This document shows positions 15,614-23,396 of a stretch of DNA of 26,750 nt, piece by piece; position 1 is the first letter of the stretch, and each line of letters begins with the position of its first letter. The stretch is from a virus (Duplodnaviria > Caudoviricetes). The stretch spans positions 1-26,750 of the IMG/VR virus record IMGVR_UViG_3300013829_000017. One strand, written 5' to 3'. A program made the position numbers and the translations under genes. The notes below the pieces were generated by a model. That model was not told the origin of the DNA and ran no database searches. It was given only the letters and a program-made list of their open reading frames with translations.

Positions 15614-17722
15614 ATGATTGATAAAACTCTGACCACATTGGCTATGCTCAAAACAATGTATCACAAAAAGATGCACGTTATAGACTGCTATATCCCTTTG
15701 ATCAAAGATATTCTACTAAATCACAAGATTTCCAAGATTGATGTTGATGGCTGTGCTGTAATTGAGAGAGCCTTTTTAGATGATTGCGGGCTTAATGTCC
15801 CTCTTTCTGGTATTCTAACATTACTAAAACGATTAGGAACTGGATTTGTAACTAAACGTAAAAATGAATACTTCATTGATTTGAAAGCTCTGTCTGTATC
15901 AAATATCAAAACAAATGCGAATCCGTCTGTAGTTCAAGAGATGATAGATGGTTTCATAGCATTCGCACAAAATGTATATAATTTAGAGGTATCGACTTCA
16001 GATGTTGACTGTGTTTTTGTAGATTTCTTTAAATCGTATCACAGTGAGATGGTATTATACCTCCATGATAATGGAGCATTTCCAGATATCAAACCAAAAT
16101 CACAGCATAAGAAGATGCTTTATATTCTTGGGGAATACTTCAACCAGAATTTAAGTAAACCAGGATTGATAGATCTACTGACGGACATATCCATTGGTAT
16201 GGCAATTTCGGAAAGTGTGTTTTTACAAAGCTATACGGATTATTGCTGTAGCTACAAAGATGTTAGCGTCTATTTGGATGTACACTTCTTATTTTACTTC
16301 GTTGGTATTGGAGGGGACTATCTCCAAAAATCATACAAAAGATACATTGAGAATATCCTTCAGGCTGGGTGTAAGGTCTTTGTATTTGAACAACATCTCG
16401 ATGAGTTTAATAGAGCATTAGACGATTGTTGTGATTGGATTCATGATCCGAACTATGATGATCAAAGAGCGAGTAAAACTTGTCAGTTTTTTATGCAGAA
16501 TAATCTGGATGAAAGCGATGCAGAACTCTTTCGTGCTAGGCTATCTGATCTATTTACGCAACCATACAACATCTCCATAGTCGATCCCCAAATCGATTAT
16601 AATGATCCGTCAAATTTGATTGACGAACAAGAACTAAAGGATATTATTGTTGGCAACTACGCTAATGGGCATAAGAAGGTAACATACAAGATTGATAATA
16701 TTATCCAGCGAGACGTTCAGGCTATTAGCACCATCTATTGTTTACGAGAAGGTAGATTTATTGACTCGCTTAAAAGGGCATCTCATTTATTTGTAACTAG
16801 CAACACTGCATTAGCTTTCTCGGCATATCGATACCACGCTAAACATGAAAAAAAACTAGGAAAAATTCCGGGTTGCATTTCAAGTCATTTCTTGAACAAT
16901 CTTCTTTGGATAGGGAATCCGTCACTAATAGCGGAAAAATCCATAAAGTTACAGATAATGGCGAGTATCTCCCTTAATAGTGAGATACATCCACAAATAC
17001 TAACAGGGTTTATCCAGGAGTTAAAGAAGCTTAGGGATAGTGGTAAGGTTTCGAAAGATACAGTAGAGAGTTTCAGGCATAACATAGTTTTGAATCAGAT
17101 TCTTAAGGATATTACAAGTAATGACCCTAACAACTTCAATGGGCAGACATCAATAGAAGCAATGAGTGAGTACGAGAATCAGATTAAGGAACCTCTTGAA
17201 CAAGAGATTCTTTCAAAAGATGCTGAGATCAATCAACTAGCGGAAAAGAATAAGTCTCTATTAGAAAGTATTGATTCTAAAGATGATGAAATTGAAGCGG
17301 CTAGAAAGATGAATAATCAATTCCTTCAGAACTTAGTCCAGCTTGCTGCGCACGATTCGAGAAAAGATGCTCAAATTGTTTTTTGGTCGCTAACTTTAGT
17401 ACTTATAGCTCTTACCATACTTAGTCTATTCCACTTCAACATTATACTGTTAATATTCCTCGCACTAGCTTCACTAACTTCACTTGTATATGGATTTTCG
17501 TTAAAAGCGGTTATCCCGATCTTACATAACAGGCTATTTCATCGTAAATTACGGAAGAATTGCAGAGACCACCAGCTGAGTTATATTGATATTATCCATT
17601 CTTTCAATGGCACAGCTAGAGAATACTCGCTAGAGTACACAAATCGTAGTTGTCCTACACTTCCAATGAAAAGGGGGAAAGGGAGTGTGAGTTCCGACGA
17701 TCCCGGTGGGGTTCAAACCTGA
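15614..17722 (+). CDS. Uncharacterised 702-aa protein with PIN-like core, coiled coil and two C-terminal TM helices
   Basis: VYLDVHFL...HLDEF...QRDVQAI...LFVTSNTAL pattern, coiled coil, then two hydrophobic segments. Visibly AT-richer than its flanks; GAGG RBS. Confidence 0.6.
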   Translation: MIDKTLTTLAMLKTMYHKKMHVIDCYIPLIKDILLNHKISKIDVDGCAVIERAFLDDCGLNVPLSGILTLLKRLGTGFVTKRKNEYFIDLKALSVSNIKTNANPSVVQEMIDGFIAFAQNVYNLEVSTSDVDCVFVDFFKSYHSEMVLYLHDNGAFPDIKPKSQHKKMLYILGEYFNQNLSKPGLIDLLTDISIGMAISESVFLQSYTDYCCSYKDVSVYLDVHFLFYFVGIGGDYLQKSYKRYIENILQAGCKVFVFEQHLDEFNRALDDCCDWIHDPNYDDQRASKTCQFFMQNNLDESDAELFRARLSDLFTQPYNISIVDPQIDYNDPSNLIDEQELKDIIVGNYANGHKKVTYKIDNIIQRDVQAISTIYCLREGRFIDSLKRASHLFVTSNTALAFSAYRYHAKHEKKLGKIPGCISSHFLNNLLWIGNPSLIAEKSIKLQIMASISLNSEIHPQILTGFIQELKKLRDSGKVSKDTVESFRHNIVLNQILKDITSNDPNNFNGQTSIEAMSEYENQIKEPLEQEILSKDAEINQLAEKNKSLLESIDSKDDEIEAARKMNNQFLQNLVQLAAHDSRKDAQIVFWSLTLVLIALTILSLFHFNIILLIFLALASLTSLVYGFSLKAVIPILHNRLFHRKLRKNCRDHQLSYIDIIHSFNGTAREYSLEYTNRSCPTLPMKRGKGSVSSDDPGGVQT

Positions 17723-18508
17723 GTCATATTCGATCTGATCATCCTTGATCCAGGGTGCAAGTGCTTTGATGTATTCACGGGCATCATCCAGGCTGCTGGA
17801 CTTTGTATCCAGTGCCATCAGATTATCCATCACTTCAAGGGCATCGTTCAGGGGATAGACCTTGTCTTGGGCAGCCAGAGCCCGGCAGATGTCACTGGTG
17901 CGGTCATCCAGGATAACCACGAGCTTGTAATATCTGGCTTTGGCTTTCTTGTAACCCTGAAGCCTTCCAAACTCTCGGATTCTGAGTGCAGTATGCTCTG
18001 CCAGTCCCTGCCAGTAATGGGATGATCGATTGGCGATGTCATTGAATTGGTCTTTGAGAGTATCGGCAAGCATCTCTTTGGTATAGCCCTGCTCGATTGC
18101 TTTGGAGATGGTGTCTGCGAAGTTCTGTCTGACATCAGCTTCGAAGTGGTTCCCGATCCAGAACAACTGCTGCTTCTGTATGGTGGATGAGAGATGCTGA
18201 TCTTCAATACCCCAGAGCCCTATACCGGTCTTGGTGGGGGCTTGCACTTGGGTGTCTCGCAGTCCGAGCCGCACACAGCGGTCTATTATCGCTTTGGTGG
18301 GCTCATTGACCAGTGCTGCGAAGTCATCTCCCAACTGAGTATTGATGATGCCCATAAGCTTATCTATGGAGTTCTGGCTGAGCTTCTCGGCTCTTGGCAT
18401 GTCACTCAGCATCTGAATGGCAAGGCGTGTAGCATCTCTGATCTCGGTTTTCCATGCATTATTGAGGACCCGATAGTATTCTAACATGAGCTGATCGTAG
18501 TAGTTCAT
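17630..18508 (-). CDS. Head morphogenesis protein (Mu gpF / SPP1 gp7 family)
   Basis: LDDRTSDICR and PPFHWKCRT motifs; coupled to terL. Confidence 0.88.
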   Translation of the reverse strand: MNYYDQLMLEYYRVLNNAWKTEIRDATRLAIQMLSDMPRAEKLSQNSIDKLMGIINTQLGDDFAALVNEPTKAIIDRCVRLGLRDTQVQAPTKTGIGLWGIEDQHLSSTIQKQQLFWIGNHFEADVRQNFADTISKAIEQGYTKEMLADTLKDQFNDIANRSSHYWQGLAEHTALRIREFGRLQGYKKAKARYYKLVVILDDRTSDICRALAAQDKVYPLNDALEVMDNLMALDTKSSSLDDAREYIKALAPWIKDDQIEYDSGLNPTGIVGTHTPFPPFHWKCRTTTICVL

Positions 18509-20061
18509 TAGAAACTGAACCTCCTGACCTTGACCCTGTTCCTGCCGATATCATATTCAGAGAAGCGTTCCAAGCATCCTGCCAGTGCATCACAGCCATC
18601 GATATAGCCATCAGGATAGGTGAGGAACTGGGATATCAGAGTGGGAGTATCCTGCCCCTCCGGAAAGAGCACCTTGGCTGTCTCGATGATGGTCTCAGTT
18701 CTCTCGATACGCAGGTTCTTGTTGTCTTTATTATCGATGCGCTTGATTCTGTGACTGATGGGTGGCAGATGATTGTCATATGCCCACCGATCAAAGTCTG
18801 CCAGTATTCTGCCTTGTCCGTAGGTGGTCTCACAAGCTGCTCTGGCTTTTACTCTATAGGTTCTATCAAGCTCCTGATAGGCATCATAGTAGTATCTGAA
18901 GAACTTAGTATTCTCAGTCTGCCTTATCCAGACATGGATCACGTAGAAACGATTACCATCATAGCCAATTGAGATAACAGCTTTGAAACAGCCCTTCTCT
19001 CCCCAGGCAGGATCGGCATAGAGCCAGACCCGCTTCATCTGGGATGGTTCCGGTAAGGTGCGATACTTGGTGAACCAGTGGTTCTTGAAGATGTTGCCTT
19101 CGATTACCGGCTGTCCAAGCATCTCCCTCTGATAACCGGTATGTCCGAACTTGGCTCGCAGGTTGGGCAGAGTGGCAGTGGGGTATTGAGCCTCCCAGAT
19201 GGACTTGCCATGCATATCTTCGAGTGAGAAGCGCAAAATCGCTTTCTGGTGCGTTTTCAGCACTGACTGGTATCTTGTATCCAGATCGGGATTATCTGCC
19301 CGTAAATCGCTTAATATGAGCTCCTGAAACTGACAGATCGCATAGTTTGGGTGTACCAGGTTCCCGAGCCAGACGATCTTGCCATTTCCCTCGGGTGAGA
19401 GGGCACCAGCAAGCTCCTGGGTGATCTTCTCCATGCGTCTCTTACCGATGGACTGGTTACCCATGTTCTCTTCTTTGTCAATATCATCACAGACGATCAG
19501 CCCGGGCCGCTTGGCAGTCTTAGGATTGATAGTTCCACGATGGCTCTGCTTAATACTTCTGGCTCGTATCCTTGCCTTGTTCTTGAGATAGAAGTCGAGA
19601 TCAAAGCTGTCCACTGGCAGCAGCTCCGGATAGTCGATGGTGAGCCGCTTATTGTTCTGCAGTTCATGTAAGGTGAAGGCGGTGCGTTCCTGTGCCAGAT
19701 CTACGTCTGCTGCAGTATGGATTACGTAACGTTCACCTCGGATGATCTTCCAGATCGGATAGACCACTCCCATGAGTACCGTTTTGCCCAGCCCACGAAA
19801 ACCAGTGATTCCGATGATGCCTGAGCCCTTATCAGTTTCATCGAACATGGTCTCATGTGCTGGGCAAAAAGGTAGTGGGAAGATATGCGGGAAATAGGTG
19901 TGGCAGAAGAACGAGAAGGCATCCCAACCTTCTCCAGTGGTTCTTCTGATGCGCTCAGTCTTAGCTTCGGGATTATCGTCTATAAAAGGCAAGACGGAGA
20001 TCGTTTTGGATGCGATCTCCGCTAATGCCTTGTTATGCCGCTGGAGGAACTTCTTAGACAT
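18508..20061 (-). CDS. terL: Terminase large subunit (Mu gp28-like)
   Basis: GFRGLGKT Walker A, LIVCDDID Walker B, LYADPA and DGCDAL nuclease aspartates. Confidence 0.9.
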   Translation of the reverse strand: MSKKFLQRHNKALAEIASKTISVLPFIDDNPEAKTERIRRTTGEGWDAFSFFCHTYFPHIFPLPFCPAHETMFDETDKGSGIIGITGFRGLGKTVLMGVVYPIWKIIRGERYVIHTAADVDLAQERTAFTLHELQNNKRLTIDYPELLPVDSFDLDFYLKNKARIRARSIKQSHRGTINPKTAKRPGLIVCDDIDKEENMGNQSIGKRRMEKITQELAGALSPEGNGKIVWLGNLVHPNYAICQFQELILSDLRADNPDLDTRYQSVLKTHQKAILRFSLEDMHGKSIWEAQYPTATLPNLRAKFGHTGYQREMLGQPVIEGNIFKNHWFTKYRTLPEPSQMKRVWLYADPAWGEKGCFKAVISIGYDGNRFYVIHVWIRQTENTKFFRYYYDAYQELDRTYRVKARAACETTYGQGRILADFDRWAYDNHLPPISHRIKRIDNKDNKNLRIERTETIIETAKVLFPEGQDTPTLISQFLTYPDGYIDGCDALAGCLERFSEYDIGRNRVKVRRFSF

Positions 20062-20073
20062 AACTTAAATACC

Positions 20074-20189
20074 CCGACGCCTGTTTGGGGCAGGCGTCGG
20101 AGTCTGCGGGCATGGAGGGACCCGCAGTTTTGGCACAAGTGCGCAGAGCAGGAGGCAACAGCTCCGCGCAGGATGTCAGGCTTGGAGGG
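20074..20189 (-). ncRNA. Putative structured RNA element (three hairpins) between terS and terL
   Basis: Stems 20074-83/20091-100 (perfect 10 bp), 20104-10/20121-27 and 20140-49/20161-70. CCTCC occurs in two loops and once upstream. Confidence 0.5.
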
Positions 20190-20213
20190 TCTATGTAGGC
20201 TGTAGGTATGTAT

Positions 20214-20663
20214 TTAAGCATTTCTGACTCTCAAGTATTCCGCCAGATCAATTACGATGCCGTTAAACTGTTTGAGCAGGGTCTCATGCCCTTTCTCAAT
20301 CATGAAGTCGGTCACCTGATCCAAGAAGCGTACGATATAGTCGTTCAGTTCCTTGGATGGCTCGGAGTCCTTCTGGTTCTGCTTGATCAGTGAGACCAAA
20401 CTCTGCAGAGCGGTATCTGCCGGGTTCTTGGCATACTCACGAAGTGCCTGGATGAGTGCCCTCTTGCGGGCTAAGCTAATCTCATGGTCAAGCTTACGCT
20501 CTTCCTTGAACAGATCTGCCCACTTGCCGGACTTGATCCACTTGCGGACGGTGATTACGGAGACACCGAAGATCACCGCCAGCTCTGTGGGATCGGTTTT
20601 ACCATTCAGGTAAGCTTCTTTGCAGTTCTCCCGCTTGATGCGGAACTCAAGAGCGTTACTCAT
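20214..20663 (-). CDS. Putative terminase small subunit (N-terminal HTH)
   Basis: ELAVIFGVSVITVRKWIKSGKW HTH; directly upstream of terL. Confidence 0.7.
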   Translation of the reverse strand: MSNALEFRIKRENCKEAYLNGKTDPTELAVIFGVSVITVRKWIKSGKWADLFKEERKLDHEISLARKRALIQALREYAKNPADTALQSLVSLIKQNQKDSEPSKELNDYIVRFLDQVTDFMIEKGHETLLKQFNGIVIDLAEYLRVRNA

Positions 20664-20904
20664 ACTCCGGGCGCACCTTGTGTTTGGTCAGATATTCGTT
20701 CAAGTCCTTGCCGGAGCAGCGCAACTGCCCGTTTTCTTTGGTTCTAAAGGCAGGCAGAGGATCGAGTATATCCTTGATCCAGCGATACACCGTAGTACGG
20801 TTGACCCGGAGTGTTGCTGCCACTTCATCGGGTCGATAGTTGCGGTCATCTCTGAATATGCTCATGGTCTCCTCTGCTGCATTATAAGTTTCAAATGTCA
20901 TCAT
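20656..20904 (-). CDS. Excisionase-like HTH DNA-binding protein (candidate late regulator)
   Basis: YRPDEVAATLRVNRTTVYRWI motif. Two possible starts, each with a GAGGAG RBS. Confidence 0.75.
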   Translation of the reverse strand: MMTFETYNAAEETMSIFRDDRNYRPDEVAATLRVNRTTVYRWIKDILDPLPAFRTKENGQLRCSGKDLNEYLTKHKVRPEYE

Positions 20905-20924
20905 TTCTTCTCCTCTGCTTTGAT

Positions 20925-20947
20925 CAAATTAGGATGTGCAAGGATGC
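20925..20947 (-). promoter_or_regulatory. 23-bp motif upstream of the HTH-terS-terL-gpF operon
   Basis: GCATCCTTGCACATCCTAATTTG on the minus strand; matches 8522-8544. Confidence 0.55.
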
Positions 20948-20954
20948 AACTCAA

Positions 20955-21569
20955 TTACAAGGAGCTGAAGTTCAGTACTACCTTGTTGTAGTTCCCGGCT
21001 TCATCCCTTACTGAGAAAGAGATGTACTGTTTAGTAGAGGTTACAGTGATCGCTTTATCGATCAGCTCCATCGCTTCCTTCCAGATCGGGTCTTTGATCT
21101 TGTAGCGGCGCAGGGCGAAGATCCGATAACGGGCAAGCTGACCCCGCTTATCGACTTGGAAAGCTTCATTGATGATAGCCTTAAGATTGTCATTGGAGTT
21201 CTCAGACCAGGCTTTGATACACTCGTCTATCTTCTGCTTGGCAAGTTGCAGCTCAATTCCGAACTGTATCTTCTCCCGGTAGCGGATTTCGATCTTGTAT
21301 TTTTCATCAAAGGTAAGCAGCAGGGCATTACCCTTCCATTCGACATTGTTCTTTCTGGCAACATCGTTCAGATAATCTTCCACTATCTTGATGATGCTGT
21401 GTTTTTCTTTGATGATGTGCTCGTGCAGTTTGAGTGCACGTTCCATCGCTTTACTAACGGCTTTCTCTCGATCCAGAATGTCCTTATTCAGCACTTTGAC
21501 AGAGATTTCCCGACCTTGGGCATCGGTCAGAGTACGACTCTTTGAGTTAGTAGTAGACTTTCTACTCAT
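20955..21569 (-). CDS. DUF3164-like Mu-type early protein
   Basis: KGNALLLTFD...FGIELQLAKQKIDEC...AFQVDKRG...WKEAMELI...KQYI pattern; 204 aa. Confidence 0.75.
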   Translation of the reverse strand: MSRKSTTNSKSRTLTDAQGREISVKVLNKDILDREKAVSKAMERALKLHEHIIKEKHSIIKIVEDYLNDVARKNNVEWKGNALLLTFDEKYKIEIRYREKIQFGIELQLAKQKIDECIKAWSENSNDNLKAIINEAFQVDKRGQLARYRIFALRRYKIKDPIWKEAMELIDKAITVTSTKQYISFSVRDEAGNYNKVVLNFSSL

Positions 21570-21990
21570 GTGTATCCTCCCTTGGATTTTCTATATTACT
21601 ATTGATTTTCTGCTTACGTATGTAGGACTGGAACATGGCGATTACCGCTCTGCGCTCTTTGGGGTCGAGCAGATTCCAGTGGCTTTTATGGTAATGCTTT
21701 ATGGTGAATGCCCTTAAGTCATTCTCTGTCCATCCCGCCTGTTTCATCAAGGAAAACATGTACTTTCCCTGCTTATCAAAGGTGAACTCATTGGGTCGAC
21801 CATGCTTGCGATACTTGATCATGAGCGCTTTCAGTTCTTTGAGCTTATCTTCCGGTAGAGCCCTTAGTGATTCGCCATAACCGAGACGGCTCATAATGAG
21901 TTTGAAGCCATCCAGGGGCCAGTGAAACTTCTTAACCCTGAGGGCATGGATTTCTCGGCGTAGTTTGCGTTCTCGTAGTTCCTGTGTCAT
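21562..21990 (-). CDS. GemA / Mu gp16-like protein
   Basis: IHALRVK...SLRAL...LK, ending LDPKERRAVIAMF; position typical of Mu-like early regions. Confidence 0.55.
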   Translation of the reverse strand: MTQELRERKLRREIHALRVKKFHWPLDGFKLIMSRLGYGESLRALPEDKLKELKALMIKYRKHGRPNEFTFDKQGKYMFSLMKQAGWTENDLRAFTIKHYHKSHWNLLDPKERRAVIAMFQSYIRKQKINSNIENPREDTHE

Positions 21991-22008
21991 AGAATGCCCT
22001 TTGGACTG

Positions 22009-22674
22009 CTATTCCAGTCCTTTTCTCTTGAGGAATGTCTCGAATTTAATGCGCCAAAACCACTCAGATCCCCGATACTCTACCCATGCCTGATGGATAA
22101 GTTTCTCCTTCAGGAGTTTCTCTTTGGCGGCTTGCCTCGCTAATCGCTCCTGCCGTCTGAGCTCTTTCTCCTCAGCCCTGCGGAGCTTCTCTTCTACACT
22201 GAGTTTGGATCGCATCCGACCCAGGATACCCGGCTCAATTTGCTTGCCGATCTCTCTCAATCTATCTCGGCTGATTACTTTATACTGCTTGCCTTCCATA
22301 CCGATGCATCCAATTGAAGCCAAAGCTTCCATATAGACAAACACCCACTGACGACTTCTACCGAAGTCCTTAGCTATGGCTCGGATGGAGGTGTATTTAC
22401 CCTTCTCGATCTGGTCGAGCAAGGCGGTAGCTGCCTTAATCTCGAATTTCCAATTACCCTTCTGACTGTAACATACTTTGGGGCTATAGCGATCAGCCAA
22501 GACATAGATGCCCTCCTTCTTGGAGATCAGTTTGATCTTCTTATCTGCCAGCAGTTCAAGCAGCACAGGCTCGATTACAGAGAGATCTTGAGCTATCATG
22601 TTAGATACCGTCTCTGCGGTGAACGGTTTCTTGAACTGCCTTACAAAATTGAGTACCAGATCTTTAGTCTTCAT
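22009..22674 (-). CDS. Hypothetical DNA-binding protein (HTH-like segments, charged C-terminal helix)
   Basis: SIRAIAKDFGRSRQWV HTH-like motif; coupled to the ATPase gene (ATGA). Confidence 0.55.
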   Translation of the reverse strand: MKTKDLVLNFVRQFKKPFTAETVSNMIAQDLSVIEPVLLELLADKKIKLISKKEGIYVLADRYSPKVCYSQKGNWKFEIKAATALLDQIEKGKYTSIRAIAKDFGRSRQWVFVYMEALASIGCIGMEGKQYKVISRDRLREIGKQIEPGILGRMRSKLSVEEKLRRAEEKELRRQERLARQAAKEKLLKEKLIHQAWVEYRGSEWFWRIKFETFLKRKGLE

Positions 22675-23387
22675 TTTGCGAGCTTGAGATCGATTACTCT
22701 TCCGGTTGATTCGCTTAGTTTGAGCTCTCCGGTTTCAATGGAGTGCATCATCTTCATGGCTTTGCGTAAGTTGCCCTTTGCCGACTCATGGATCAAGTCC
22801 ACGATCTTCTCGGTCACTTCTACCTCGAGCACTTCCTTGGCGAGGATTTTGATGTCCTTGCGGCTTACGGGCTTGAACTCATAGAATGAGTTGCAGCGGT
22901 CGAAGTAGTATTCATTGAGCTGTGAGAGACGATCCTTGGCATTCTGCATTCCCACCAGGATCACTACGGTTAAGGTCTCATCCACGATGTCCCGGATCGC
23001 GCCTAACAGCTTATCGTGTTTGAAAGCATAGTCGATCTCATCGATTACGATTACCATGTCTTCCTGCTCTTCCAGAATCTGCAGGCTGAGCTTGAAGAGG
23101 TTATTGGTAGTTCCGTAGGGGATGTTGTAGCCGAGGTTAAACCGCTGATACAAGGCAGTGATCAGATCGACTGCGAAGGACTTAGGGGTAGTTGTAGCTT
23201 CCAGTCTCAGGTAGATATAACCTCTCTGGAACGCCATTCTTTGGGCATAAGTGGTCTTGCCGAGACCGGGCAGTCCGTAGATCAGTCCCAGTCCGACCAT
23301 CTCCATCTTGGGTCTATTGAGCAGGTAGTTGACGCACTGATCGGCTTCAACTACATTGCTTATTCTTACGAGTTGGTTCTGTTTCAA
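22671..23387 (-). CDS. MuB-like AAA+ transposition ATPase
   Basis: GLPGLGKT Walker A, IVIDEID Walker B, GNLR; follows the transposase; TTG start after AAGGAGG. Confidence 0.88.
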   Translation of the reverse strand: MKQNQLVRISNVVEADQCVNYLLNRPKMEMVGLGLIYGLPGLGKTTYAQRMAFQRGYIYLRLEATTTPKSFAVDLITALYQRFNLGYNIPYGTTNNLFKLSLQILEEQEDMVIVIDEIDYAFKHDKLLGAIRDIVDETLTVVILVGMQNAKDRLSQLNEYYFDRCNSFYEFKPVSRKDIKILAKEVLEVEVTEKIVDLIHESAKGNLRKAMKMMHSIETGELKLSESTGRVIDLKLAK

Positions 23388-23396
23388 GCTTCCTCC

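Larger units (their letters stand above)
8619..17722 (+). other. Five-gene defence cargo cassette inside the prophage late region
   Basis: Five plus-strand non-phage genes lie between minus-strand gpF and lysozyme. Confidence 0.85.

Noticed and set aside
20074-20100. Perfect hairpin as an intrinsic terminator
   Set aside because: No U-tract on either strand, and it lies just upstream of the terL start.
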